NCBI GenBank assembly: GCA_977016875.1
Contig: CDRNST010000218.1
Coordinates: 1,364,001-1,428,000 of the forward strand
Reading direction: 5' to 3'
Source of the DNA: Pavona decussata
Lineage: Eukaryota
DNA: 64,000 bases
The notes beneath the pieces were generated by a model. It was given only the letters and a program-made list of their open reading frames with translations. It made no database searches and was not told where the DNA came from. Shown in pieces: positions 48,691 to 61,983 of the stretch. A program made the translations under genes and the position numbers. The first letter of the stretch is position 1; each line of letters starts with the position of its first letter.

Positions 48691-50394
48691 TTTGATTTGA
48701 TAAAAATCGCGATGGTTTGTAGGAAAGCTAGTCACACATTGCTCTGATTGTCACGCATGTCGTTGGAGAGAGTCGGAAATATCAGTTCCTTCTTGGCATC
48801 GACCTTTACGATGGCATCGACCGTCATGAGAAATGACGAAACAAAAAGTTAGGGCGATTACAAACTAGAGTGGCTGGAAACTGGCCAACATACTGTAGTA
48901 GAAACCTATTCTGGTCTGAGAGACAACATCACCTCAATGGTAGACAGTATGGATGTTCTAGAGGCAAACCTGTGCAAGCTCCGTTAAAAGTTTTAAAATG
49001 CCTCTCTTATGCCAATCAAATGCAAACAGCCTCATGCTGGCTACGGCCCTGCCCTTAGGCAGTCTTCTAGTAAAATTTAATATACAAAACTCACAACAAC
49101 AACCTTACTGAAAGTTGAATTATTATTGTGTGTATGCATGGGAAGATAGAGGCCTAGCAAAACTACACTTATAGCATCTTTTAATAAAATAATTATTGCT
49201 TTCTATTTTGTGAATCTGAGGTTGTAATATTATCTTTCACATTAACTGCAGCTCCTTGCTGTAACAGTGTTTGTATACTTGTATACCGCCACAGAGGACA
49301 AAGTATACAGCTTTTAGACTTATCTTCCAAGTGTGTCCCCTCCATTCACCAGTTGCTAGACACAATATTGAGTCCCAAGAAACAAAATCCTGTTCCTGTC
49401 GTGTATCACAGTATGGCACATACAGCTTTTCCCCTGGTCTTTCCATGTCTTGTAAATAGTATTAAACTATTACTGTTTTTGTCCTTTCTTGGATTAACGA
49501 CACCCTCGCCAACCAAGGAGTAGGATCATAACTTTTAATGGAAATCATCAGTGTTTTCACCAGGATTTTGCATCTTGGGGTCCAAGGGCCCATAAAGACA
49601 AAAAAGTGGGTCATTTGAGACATAGAATGGGTTGTCATGGAATCCGAATGTACATAGATGGACGATAGCTTAATAACGATATCTTTGACCACCATCTCAT
49701 CGTAACTGAAATTAACTTTACTCATACTTTACTTTATATACATTGCAATTGCTGTAGAATGTGAATATTTGAATAAAATGAATACAAAAAAATTTAAGCA
49801 GTTAAATTTTGCTGGGTGAGTGTCCAAGCTCGAAAAAAGATGAACAACATGCCTTTCAAGCATACTCGTTCGTAAATTTAAATTTCAGCCGTGAACGAAT
49901 TTGTCTTGCCATTATCTTGGCATTATCTTGGCATCTTTAGCCTTGTCATACTTGAGCCATGCATATGTTTTTGTTTGCCACCATTGCTGAAACCCTATTT
50001 GCGTCAGTTTCTCGGGTTCTACTGGTGTTCCTGTTTCTTTGACTTTGTCAGGTTCATCATTTAACTGCAATTTTGGCTATCTCGCTTTACAAAAAAAAAT
50101 GAATCGAAACCGTTCCTTGTTTTTTTTGTTTTCCATAAATAAACGTGCAAATGAAATATTAATGAACAAATATGGCAGACAATTCAGGGACGTGTATTCT
50201 CAAATGCAACAACGCCGCTCATTGGCTCATGTGTCATACGTAAGCCAATCATAATGCCTGTTATAGGAATCATTGATCGCTCAATCAAAGCTCTAGTTAT
50301 TCACAGGAAATAATTGCAAAAAATCAATGTAAAATCAATGTAAAATTGAATGGGATTTAGTTAATTTGCAAGGAAAAAAACATCAACATCAACA

Positions 50395-51228
50395 TCAACA
50401 TCATCATCAGCTTCCTCACAGAGTTTCATGCCTGAAGAGTGGCAAGGTCTCTTGCCCTTGCACACATTACACACGAAACAACATGTGCCAGCACTCAGTG
50501 GCAGTGGCAATCCGCACAAATTGCTTTGAGAAGATGGTATCACAGTATTCTGGAAGAAACCTCACTAGAGTTGCTACCTCAACCGCCCCAAAGAACGTGG
50601 TATCCAAAGCACCACCTTCCAGAAAACGCAAGGCTTCAGTGGATACTCCTCCCTCACAGATCAGAAATGCTGAACACGTTAAGCAGCAGTTAAAATCCGA
50701 AGCAGTAAATGATACGACCATTGTGATCAGGAAAGCACCAAAGCCCAGCGTCCCTCCTCCAACTGCCCCTCTAGTCCTCAAGGAAATCACTGGTGAAATT
50801 AGAAAATGCGCTGCCCCTAGCCACGAGTATACCTGGCTATAACGCTGAACAGGACCAAACTTTGGGCTTCAGACGATTTGAGGCTTACAGTTACTGGAAC
50901 AAAACCGATGGTTCCTACAAAGTAGCTACTTCTACCCGCCATTATTACTTGAATCCTCTCTGTACAAATGGGATATGATATGGGAATAGCAGAGATAAAA
51001 AGAATGTCCAACCTGTGCACCCAGTTCACAAGGGAGAAGGACTTTAAATACCACCAGAAAGGTTGTCATGAGTGCATTTGCGAGGAATGCAATGAATCGT
51101 TTAACCATGAGCAAAAGCTAAAAAGGCATAAAGACAAGAAACATAAAGACAGCTACAAGTGTGATCATTGTCAAAAGACTTTTGCTGAGAAACGAAATCT
51201 GATAAGACACCAAAAGTCACATGTTTAG
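50395..51228 (+). pseudogene. SWIM + C2H2 zinc-finger fragment (copy 2)
   Basis: Translations identical to copy 1. Confidence 0.7.
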
Positions 51229-53988
51229 TTAACCTATCCTGCATTTAGTGATTTTAATTGGAGATTATTTGAAAGGACTATTGGATCAATCTATAATACA
51301 TAATTGTTTTTGTTTTTAAATTATTATTATTATCATTATGATTATCGATTTTTGAAATTAATTGTGGTCATTGCAGCACATGTACATCATGCTACTGTTC
51401 AAACCAAATTTTAAATCATTACAAATGTTGTGTTAGACTTTAACAGGAAAAATGAATTAAAACTTATTTACAATGTCAAAAGCTCAATCTTTTTAATAAC
51501 CTTGTTGTTCAGGGGCAGATCCAAGGAGAGAGGTTTTTAATCTAGGCAATTTGCCTTAAGTGAATTTCCCTCTATGTTAAACATTATGCGAACATTCCAT
51601 TGTTTATTCACTAAGATTTCTCTGTTTTCCTATTTTTTTCCTTTGCATGTGCTTTGTCTCGGATTTCATAGTATGGGACCCAGACTTCTTACTACTTTTA
51701 CTGTTTGTTTGTACTGCTTTAGCCAAGTCATGACTGCGCTTCCTCTTGGAGGTGGGTTCTTGAAGTTGTACTGGTCGCCCTTTTGATACAACCTGACGGC
51801 TTCCACTACCACACTTTCGTTTTCTGTTGGGCTGGACTCGGATCTTTTTTCCATTTCCAGTTTTTTTCACCTCACTGGACCCAAAAGTAAAAAGAGCGCT
51901 TGCCAAATTAGAATGCATAGATCTAGCAGCGGTTAAGGATGTTATCCTTTTTGCGAACCTGATTACACCTTTAGCCAAATTAAGGTCTCTTGAGCTTTGG
52001 AGCTTTTGAATTATTTGTTCACAAGAGTTTCTCAACAATTGTTCAGCATTTGCAATGGAATCATCCTCATCATCATCATTGCTCTGTATTGGTTCAGCAG
52101 TGCAGCAGTTTGGCCCTTGTTGTGCTGTTTCCATACTGGTGGATGCCTCTGTTACAAAACCATTAGAATCATGAGTTTGTGATGTTTGTCCAGCATCACT
52201 AGAGCGTAATGGCTTATAACAAGCAACAGGAAGTGTGTTTCCTATTGCTAGCCAGGCCAATTTCTGCCTCTCATGTGGATTACTGACTGGAATGAAGTTT
52301 ATGCAGTCTGCTAGATTTGCCACTCACAGGACATACTGGTGTTTGCATGGGCTCCCGTCTTCACCAACCGTGCAGCTACATATCCCAAGAGTCATGTCCA
52401 CTGTATAACTGACAAAGAACCAATGAAACACTTCATAAATATCTCAATACAACTGGAATTTTTGTTTTTCAATCTGTAATAGATACATTCTAGACCTTCA
52501 ACTGGTTGATCCACTAAGATATTAATGGAAATATTCCTTACCGCAGAATAAGGGCTTGCTCTTACTCTGCTATAAAAAAACTCAATAACCCTGCCAAGAC
52601 GGGAAATTACTAAAGGTACCCCACCCCCTGGACAATATAATACTCATGTTTTGGTCTTCCTTATGCTAAATCAACATCCTTGAAATGCAGCATATGGATG
52701 AACTGCAGGAATTATCTCATATGTTATGCATGTTATGTCCCCATGTTTTATGTATTTTTGCTCCAAAGGGGAGGAATCTAGAAACACTGCCCCCTCCCCC
52801 CCCCCCTATCAAGATAATTTGAATCAGACAATGGGGGAAAGATAGGAAAATAATGCCCACCCACACATGCCCTCTTGTACCACCAGAGCGTTATGCTATT
52901 GTGATGGTGAAGAAAAAACACCACTGACCTGTGACTGCTATCTGAAGAGCTTCCAACTTTGAATACATTATTGCCAAAGTTCTCTACAGTTGAGATGTAG
53001 GCATTAAGATCTTTTTTATCTGGGACTTTAAACCCTGTGCTTCCGTCTTTCCCTTTCCCAAAGAATCGATGTCTGTACACGCCATCAAAACTCCCATCAG
53101 CAATACTAAGGAGCTTATTCTTGTAGTGATCTTCTAGATTAATAGTCGGCTTGTCTAGAAGCCCAACAACATTGTACTCTTTGGTGCGCTGCAGAATTAC
53201 ATCCTTAAGAACCAAAAACTGAGCCTCGGCAAAATTGTTGGTGTGGTTCCCTCTAACAGGCAGTTCAGTTCTAAGGCATAGAGCAAACGATTCTTTGTCA
53301 TTGTATAGATTTTGCAAATAGCTGACTAGATTTGGGTATTTCTTGCAACGGCCATCATTGAAAAGTTCACTGAAGCAGTTCTCAAAATCTTGTTTTGTCT
53401 CGGCATATAAGGACCTCTCGAAAAGCCTGAGAAAATAGGGTCTACCTGCTTGGCTGATACTGTTCTTGCTCTCGTGAAGCCATCTCCAAAGTTGGTGAGG
53501 CATGTGGAAGATGCAAAGAAGTAAAACAGATGTTGGCCAAACAGACTTCAGAGCATTTCTTTCCTCTTTACAGTTGTCTGTTAGGATGACTTGGGGGCCT
53601 TGTTCCCGACCACGACCATTGAATGCATACTCTGGTAAACAGGACCGAAGCAATTCAAAGCCATGTTTAAGTGTACGCTCCTGCTCATCACTGGTGATCA
53701 AGATGCCAAGTGGAAGTGCTCCAGATACATTGTTTGTGCACATTAAAAACACTTTAAGATTGTGCTCTTCTGTATTAGAAGTAGCATCGACAAAAACCAT
53801 CTCACCAGACTGCTGCACTTCCTTGTGTACACGGTTCATGAGAGGCGTTACAATAGCAATTATAAGAGGCGTATCATCACCTTCATACATCTGGTAACAA
53901 GTAGTAGCTTCAGGGTTGTCTTTCTTGTATTGTTGAAGCCTTTCCGAAAGTCTTTCAAACATCATAAGGCCCTGTCCACCATACCCAT

Positions 53989-54234
53989 TGTTCTCACGGC
54001 CCCCAAATCCAAATCTCTTACCTCGGGTAACATTTTGATGACTTTTTAATGACTACAAGCATTTTTACACCAGCTGTAAAAAACTTACAATCCGTAGTAC
54101 ATTTCTCCAAAAACTATGCCATGTGCTCTCATCCGGGTACAAAAAACAAAAAAACAACGTCATGTCCGATTACACAAAATGTCATTAAGATGTAAACAAT
54201 CAAAATAAAGTCTGATGATTTTATGGCGGTAACA
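53989..54234 (-). repeat. 3' LTR of BEL-2
   Basis: TGTTCTCACGG...GGCGGTAACA, adjacent to the PPT. Confidence 0.95.
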
Positions 54235-57200
54235 TCCTCCCCCCGTGTTCGGCTGAGTTAAATGGGCGAACACTCTTCTAGGAGGGCTAGTTTCACAACA
54301 GGACGCTTCATCAAACCAAACTTGGTCTTCACTTCAGCTGATCTCACGACATTGTCATGGCCAGGGAAAACTCTCACAATTCTGCCAAGAGGCCAGGAGC
54401 CTCTCGGGGTTCCATAGTCTACCACAAGCACCAAATCACCAATCTTAACATTCGCCATAGGTTGAAGCCACTTCTTGCGAACAGCTAAACCAGGCAGGTA
54501 CTCTCGCAACCAACGATTCCAGACGTGGGTGGTGATAACTTGTGCCTGACACCAACGCTTCTGAGACAATATCTCTTTATCAGCAAAAATACCAGGTGGC
54601 AGATTGGGAGATGCTCTACCAATAATAAAATGATTCGGAGTCAACGCTTCAAGATCGTCCACCTCAGAGCTCACTTCAGTCAAAGGACAACTGTTGACTA
54701 GCCACTCAACTTCAGTAATGGCGGTCACTAATACTTCATCCGTGAGGACTTGATTCCGCAGGACAGCATCAAGGGCTTTCTTAGAAGACCTCACCAAACG
54801 CTCCCATATTCCCCCCATATGGGGTGCGGCGGGTGGATTAAATACCCACTGAATTCCTTCTTGACTCAGTGTATTTGCGATTCGATCTTGATTCCACTCA
54901 CAAAGGCATTCTTTTAACTCGCGGTTGGCTCCCACGAAGTTTGTTCCATTGTCAGAGTAGATGACAGTTGGTTTACCTCGTCTTGCTATAAACCGTCGAA
55001 GACACATGATGAAAGAGTCAGTAGACAAAGAGTGCGCAACTTCCAAATGCACATCTCTTGTCACAAGACAAGTAAAGAGGCAACCATATCTCTTTTCTTC
55101 CTTCCTGAGATGCTTCACTTTTAGTGGACCAAAGAAATCTACTCCAACTTTCGAGAAGGCCAGCCATCAATGGTGCTTCTGGTTTTGCTCTTCGCCTTCT
55201 GCAATAAGAACACTGATATAGAATCTTTCGTACTGTTGCACGGCAGCGCAGAATCCAGTACTGTTGTCTTAATTCGTTTCGGACATGTCCAACGCCTTCA
55301 TGTTTAAGCTTCTCACGGCAGTTTATGACCATAAGACGGCTCAGCTCATGCTCAGGTGACAACACCAAAGGGTGGCGGCCAGAATATGGTATATTGGCTC
55401 TCTCAATCCGACCTCCAACATGACTCAGAATTTTGCGTCGCGTGTCTGCCAAGTCCCTTTTAACCACCTTGTAGACAAAACAGTCAGAATTAGTGTCCCA
55501 AATGACACCAAGAGCACGTTCCACAGGCATGACAATTTCTTCTTCAACCACCTTTACAGAGGGAGCTCTCTCTGATACTGGTATACGCTCGATCACTTCC
55601 TTCTCATTTGAGATCCATTTGATCAAGTTAAATCTTGCAAGCTTCAGCATTGCAACCAGTTGCTGTTGCAGCTCCAGAGCTTTGCTGCTCGATTCCACGG
55701 ACTTGAAGAAGTCATCCATGTAGAAGTTTCGCTTTACTGCAAGCGCAGCAGTTGGAAACTGTAGTTTATTTTCTTCTGCACTTCTAAGAAGCGCATAGTT
55801 AGAACAAGTTGGTGCACACTTGGCTCCAAAGATGTGACGCTGGTATTGATAGACTTCTGCTTCAGATCCAGGTGATTGACGCCACAAAAAACGAAGGGCA
55901 ATTTGATCCTCTGGCGGGACGGACACTTGATTAAACATCGCTTCGATGTCTCCAGAAATTGCAATCCGATCCTCTCGAAATCGCATGAAAATTCCCACAA
56001 GATTGTTCATTAAGTCTGGACCACTCAAAAGATGACTGTTTAGTGATGAGCCTTGAAACTTAGCAGCAGCATCACATACTCGTCTAACCTTTCCAGGTTT
56101 GCTGGGATTTAGAACAGGGTGATGAGGCAGGTACCATTTGTGCTTCACGAGTGCATTTGCTTCTTCCTTAGTCAGCTTCTTGATGTACCATTTCTCTATG
56201 TCTGAGCTGATGGTTTTCTCATAGGCACCTGCTAACTCAGGATCTCGTTGGAGTCTCCTTTCCAGAACATTAAGACAATGGACTGCCACAATGCGGTTGT
56301 CAGGGAGTCTGATGTTCTGATCTTTCCAAATCAACGGAACCTCATATCGACCATCCACCTTTCGGGTTTTCTCATTCAGAAACTTCATGACATTTGCATC
56401 CTCAACTGAATGTTGGGTATCATAGTCATAGCGGCAACCAAAGTTCTCAGTCCGCCACCAAGATTTCACTGTTTCATGGAGCTCTTCATCCGCAGTCACC
56501 ACATGAACTTTACAAACTGACTCACTGTCTTGAATATAACCAGGTAGGCGGCCAGTAATAGCCCACCCAAGTTCAGTACGAATTCCAACTGGTGACCCTT
56601 TCGGCCCACTTCGGGTTTCCAGTGGCACAATAAGCTCTGGGACATCACTGCCTAGAAGTAGAGTGACCTGTGTTCCAGCAACTTCAGTCAACTCTAAGTC
56701 CAACAGGTGTGGCTATTTCTCCTGTAACTCCTTGAGTTCCACCTTTCTTTCAGGTACATTCAGGCGATCAACTACCAGGACTCCATTCACATCAAATCGA
56801 TTACCAAGGTTGTTCAATGGACTGACTTGTAAACTTACACGGCTTGTCAACAGTTCTGATGTTTTCTGAATTCCATTTAACAACACGCTTTCTAACGGAC
56901 CATCCAAACCAAGGTTATGGGCAACATCTGCCAACAGCAAACTGCATGTGCTTCCAGTGTCTAACATTGCATACGTGTTGAAGTATCCCTTTGGACCATA
57001 AAGTGTTACAGGTACCACTTGTAACAAAACTGAGTCTCTGTTTCTATGAGATGCGCTAGAATGTTCATTGGATGAGGTTGCTGCTATGGAATCACTGCTT
57101 CCCAAGGGAGTGACGCTCCTTATAGAGTGCAATAATGCATTGTGAGGTCGCGTACATCCATTGACACCACACTGCTTCCTATTAGGACAGTTGTTGAGCC

Positions 57201-58511
57201 AATGCTCAGATTGAAGGCAACGAAAACACAACTTATGTTTCTGAACTTCACTGAGACGTTCCTCAACACTCATAGCTTTGAATTTGGAACAATCAGACAA
57301 GTTATGTTGCTGTCCGTCTCCCAAAAGGCACAATTTTGTAGGCTTCTGATGAGATGAATAATTACCAGAGAAAGTGCTCTGCCTTTCAGTTCCTCCACTG
57401 GGAATACCTGACCGAAATTTGTTCTTAAAGGGCTGAAATGGGAACTTAGGGCTTGATATCCTTGTATAGCAATCATCATAGATCTCTGCCTGCCCTTTCA
57501 ACCAGTTGCACAAGTCAACCAGGGTCGGTAGCTGCTGGTTTGCAGCCTTGATGTAGTCTTTCCATTTGACTCTGAGTTCTGGGGACAGCTTATCCACAGC
57601 AAGAGAAAGGTTAGCTTCAGCTGCTAGATCATTCTCGTATCCAAACCTCTTGAAAGTCCACACAGTGGTTGACACCACATCTGATAGATTCCTCACTTCA
57701 TGGGGTTTGTCAGTCTGTAGTCGTGCAGTTTTTCTCAATCTGTCCAGCGTGACTTTTACAACAAGAGAAGGTTTTCCAAACCTGCTTTCCAATTCCTTCA
57801 GTGCCTCGTAGTAGGAATCTCCACTGTAACCATACCCTTCAATTGCAGACTTAGCTTTACCGACCACAGAGTTCTGAAGATGTTGCATCTTTCCATTAAG
57901 GGAGAGATTAGCATCATGAACAATTGATTTAAACATTGATGACCAGTCAGACCAATGCAAGGGATCTCCATCAAACTTGCTAAGCTGTAGCTTGGGAAGA
58001 CAATCACGTGTAGAATAGCCATAAATCACTTGTTTTTGGTCAGCTATAACTGGTGTAATGTCAGGCTGAGAACATGAATTAGGCAAATCTCCAATCCATG
58101 ACTGTAGCACCTTTACAGGCCTTGACTTACTCAAAGGACCAACAAATGGAATACTAAACTTTGGTTGTTGAAACGATGGGGATGATGTAACAGTACACGA
58201 GGTGTTATTAGTTGACAACACAGTTCCACAACTTGTTTGTGCTTGTTTCACAAGACCAGGGGGTGGTTGAGAGACCACACACTGTTCAGCAGTAGAAGAA
58301 GGAATTATTTCCAAAGAATCATCCTCAAAATCAAGCAATCGATTAGATAAAGACTCGTGATCATACCTAACAGTGTTTCCTGCCTTTCCAAGGATTTCAG
58401 CTTCAGCTGCAAGGCGTGCAGCCTCGTCTTCGGCTTCTTGAGTTTTTCTCCTTTCCTCAGCTTCAAATGTAACTCTCTCAGCTTCGCACTGGACCAGCTC
58501 AAGTTTCCTTT

Positions 58512-58513
<2 letters not shown>

Positions 58514-58543
<30 letters not shown>

Positions 58544-58847
58544 TACTTATATAGCGCTTATCCAGTTCTGTTCTAAACGCTTTACAAAGTAAAAATCATA
58601 TTTGTTTAAAATAATTCGAAAAAAGATGAGTCTTAAGTTTACGTTTAAAAACATTTAAATTGTCGCAATTACGGATGTCGATAGGTAGTTTGTTCCAGAG
58701 TTCTGGGGCCGAAACAGCGAAAGCTCTGGAGCCATACGACTTTAGATTATGGTTGATATGACATAGGCGAAATGCGTCAGACGACGATCGGAGCGTTCTT
58801 GAAGTTGTATAGCGGCGTATCAGGTCTTGTATGTAGATGGGGGACTG
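58514..58847 (-). mobile_element. 5'-truncated L2 (CR1-group) LINE 3' end with (TTA)n tail, inserted in BEL-2 gag
   Basis: PIYIQDLIRRY..SRTLRSS...YGSRAFAVSAPELWNKLP.DIR.....FKRKLKTHLF, then AAAGCGTTTAGAAC...AAGCGCTATATAAGT(TTA)n. T5 on both flanks, and removal restores QLELKRKLEL. Confidence 0.92.
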
Positions 58848-59413
58848 TTTTTAGTTCCAATTGTTGCTCAAACTCTTGCTTTCGTCGCTGTTCCTCCATA
58901 GCAAGTTGTTTCGCTTTGATTTCCGCCGAAGTCACCTTTGCTCGGATTTCATGAGCACTTCTACTCGCAATTTTACTCGCCTTTACCGAGCTCAATCCAC
59001 TAACGCTTTCTTCTGCTCTTTGCTCAAGATGGGCTTCAGCCTCTAATTTCACTTCCTGAACTCTCTCCAGCTCCACTTCGTACCAAGTGAGGGCTTTTTC
59101 GTGCTCGTTTTCCGGAATAACAGCCACCAGTCGATCATTTAGAACACGTGCTTTGTTTATACAATCTTCCAGAATATGAACATATCCGCGGATAATGGCC
59201 TTTCTTCCAAATTGCTCAATAGAACTGTTCAATTTCTTTATGGTATTCGTAATTTGTCGCTTCACAGACGCTCCCCTGTTTCTCAGGATAACAATTTGTG
59301 TATTCATAGCTCCACGCACTTCCAAATGCAGACCGCCATCGGTCAGATCGGTCGATTCTATAACAAATTCTTCGATTCACTCGTCGTATCCGGTTCGTTT
59401 AGGACCAGAAAAA

Positions 59414-59659
59414 TGTTCCCGCGGCTCCCAAATCCAAATCTCTTACCTCGGGTAACATTTTGATGACTTTTTAATGACTACAAGCATTTTTACACCAGCT
59501 GTAAAAAACTTACAATCCGTAGTATATTTCTCCAAAAACCATGCCATGTGCTCTCATCCGGGTACAAAAAACAAAAAAACAACGTCATGTGCGATTACAC
59601 GAAATGTCATTAAGATGTAAACAATCAAAATAAAGTCTGACGATTTTATGGCGGTAACA
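59414..59659 (-). repeat. 5' LTR of BEL-2
   Basis: TGTTCCCGCGG...GGCGGTAACA. About 8 substitutions versus the 3' LTR by eye. Adjacent to the PBS. Confidence 0.95.
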
Positions 59660-60483
59660 ACTATCCTTACCAAATTGCGTGTAGAGGTAACTTAAGTCCC
59701 TTTTTTCTCGGCATAACTGCCCGATTGGCCTTTTTCCTGTGTAATTCCAATTCATCCTGACATGATTCTTTGAGTTCTTTCAAGTACTGTTGCCTTGCGG
59801 TTGCTGGTGTATGCCCACTTTCAAACAACTTCAAAACCCTTTCTGCGCACTCAGAAGAAAGGTCATGGAAATTAGAGGCCTCCAGAGTTTCAAGTGAATG
59901 GTTGTGTTCCCACTCTATGTCCACAGAACAACATCCCTCGCTGTCTATTTTGACTATCATCTGAAAGGGGCATTGGTGTTCTTTACTCTGGCAGATGGGT
60001 TCAAGTACAATTTCTGCTGTGGATCTTTACTTGGACTCCAGTTACGAGTGTTGTGTTGGCATCTATAGTAGGTTTGCAACACATTGCCGCTTGTTGGTGC
60101 CTTCTTTGTCTTTAACTTCATTGAGATGCTGTTTATCACTTCATATTCGGATATCCACTGCTCCAGATTTTCTTTCGTTATATCTTCGGTCAAAAAGTGC
60201 ACTTTGAACTTTTCTCCATTTCCTGAAATTGCCTTCAGGTAGTAAAATGAATCATCTGGCAGCGAACCCAGAAAACTCTCCTTTGTAATTTCGGTCGATT
60301 CAAAATATTTACTTTTCGATTCGACTTCTTTTATAGCTGAAGATATTAGATCTTTGAGAAAATTGTCGGGTTTGTCTGCTATTTTGATTTGATAAAAATC
60401 GTGATGGTTTGTAGGAAAGCTAGTCACGCATTGCTCTGATTGTCAGGCAGGTCGTTGGAGAGAGTCGGAAATATCGGTTCCTT

Positions 60484-60653
60484 CTTGGCATCGACCGTCA
60501 TGAGAAATGTCATCGAGCGTTTCAAATGGCAACGATAGTTGCGAGAAATGGCATCGACCGTTTCAAATGGCAACGACCGTTCTGAGAAATGGCAACGACC
60601 GTTTACGAAAGAGAAATTTGCATCGCCGACCTTTATGAGGTTCGAAAGGATCC
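60484..60653. mobile_element. Terminal region/TIR of the MULE, with AAATGGCAWCGACCG subterminal repeats
   Basis: Four to five copies of GGCAWCGACCG upstream of the transposase start. Candidate terminus ...GAGGTTCGAAAGGATCC (GG start on the minus strand). The partner TIR is not visible. Confidence 0.55.
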
Positions 60654-61983
60654 ATAAAGGGTTCCAAAAGTATCACTCTATGCACCCTTTGTGATTTTTC
60701 CGCCCCCCCACAAAAAAACAAAATGCACCGCAAAAATTGAACTTGTGCCCCATGCAAGGGATACAAGCTGTGGTCGTTTTTATATGCCAAAGAGGAAAGG
60801 AGGAAAATGCAACAGGACAACAAGACAGGTAAGAAAAACATTTTCTTTTCAATATTCCACTGTTGCGATCTTTTATAACACATAAACTTAATTTAGCTTT
60901 CATGTCTGCCGCAACGCTTAAAGCACCGAATTTTGCACATTTTGAACGAGCGGATCAAATAACAAACATGTAAAAATCAACAAAATTTGACAATTTTATG
61001 TTGAAAACACGTATTTTTGAGCAAAAAATCGAAAATATCGGCAAAGCCCATATGGACTTAAAAAGAAAATATAAAAACTAAGTCTAACAACGCGGAGTTA
61101 TCCCAACAGCGCACTATTGTTATCCCTATTGTTTCCTTTGAACAAAGACTGTATGCATAATTAATGTAAGGGCTGTGCGGAAATCTTGCCTTATAACTTT
61201 ATAAGTGAGTCAGCAAGTGGACCGACTACAAGTAATAACAAATTTACCCATGTTCAGGTAGAACGAAACTAATAATTACTGAACTTTGGCAACTACATAC
61301 ATTGTTGTTTACTGACTGCTATTCTCATGATCATCTTGGCAGAGTTCTAATTTTAGTTCAATAGGATAGGGTTTTTCCCAAAGAGATTGGTTATGCAGAG
61401 TTGGCCCTCCACCTTTTATCTTGTTCCCACTTCATGTGGTGGCACCTGTCCGTATTTCTTGACTGCACATGTAAAGTTTAGTTTAGTTTCGACAACATAT
61501 GACTCCAAAAGAATAACAATGGTCTTCTGAATTCTACATCCCGTAATAAAAATACTTGGAACTTGGTCCAGTCTTTCTCGTTCTGCTTGCGCCTGGACGA
61601 TTTGTTTAAAAAAGTGTACTCACCAGAAATCAGACTCAACGATTGCAAAGAAAACTAAATATGGATTGCGTATAAAACTCAATGGTGGTAAAAGCATAAA
61701 ATCTCAATTACATAGAAAGTAGAAGGTGAATTACACATTGAACGCCATATTTAATCTATATTTTATACTCAGTCTGCAGTCCATCCTTTATTATATTGAC
61801 AGGTAAAATATGCCTTCGAAAATTTGTTAGTGGTGATCCATGGACCGGGTCCACAAGGTGTGCTGGTCCATGGACCTGGGTCCATGTTTAGTATACGTTG
61901 GTGGAGCTCGTGTGAGCGGACGTGAATTTTGAGCAGTGTCTTCCCTCCTCTCTTTCACTGAAAAATCTTTGGTTAATGGGCCT

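Larger units (their letters stand above)
42886..48838. repeat. Tandem segmental duplication, copy 1 (~5.95 kb)
   Basis: Sequence recurs from 48839 with initial offset 5953. The ORF track is duplicated (43284/49237, 44993/50968 and others). Confidence 0.95.
53989..59659 (-). mobile_element. BEL/Pao LTR retrotransposon 2 with both LTRs, RNase H region deleted
   Basis: 246-bp TG...CA LTRs. PBS TGGTCCTAAACGAACCGGATA next to the 5' LTR, PPT GGGGGGAGGA next to the 3' LTR. gag FDGDP, protease LDTGS, RT WYLPHH/YMDD, integrase SDNGTNF/HMGGIWE. TSD CCCAT/ACTAT versus empty site CCTAT in copy 1. Confidence 0.97.
51604..60382 (-). pseudogene. Mutator (MULE) transposase, copy 2, interrupted by BEL-2
   Basis: 395-aa open core 52778-53965 with the DDE motifs. 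N-terminal part at 59660-60382, start codon mutated to ATA. Confidence 0.9.
48839..60510. repeat. Tandem segmental duplication, copy 2 (contains the BEL-2 insertion)
   Basis: Colinear with 42886-48838 apart from the 53989-59659 insertion. Confidence 0.95.

Noticed and set aside
60484-60605. CRISPR-like short repeat array
   Set aside because: Eukaryotic context, spacers of only a few related bases, no cas genes. Better explained as MULE subterminal repeats.
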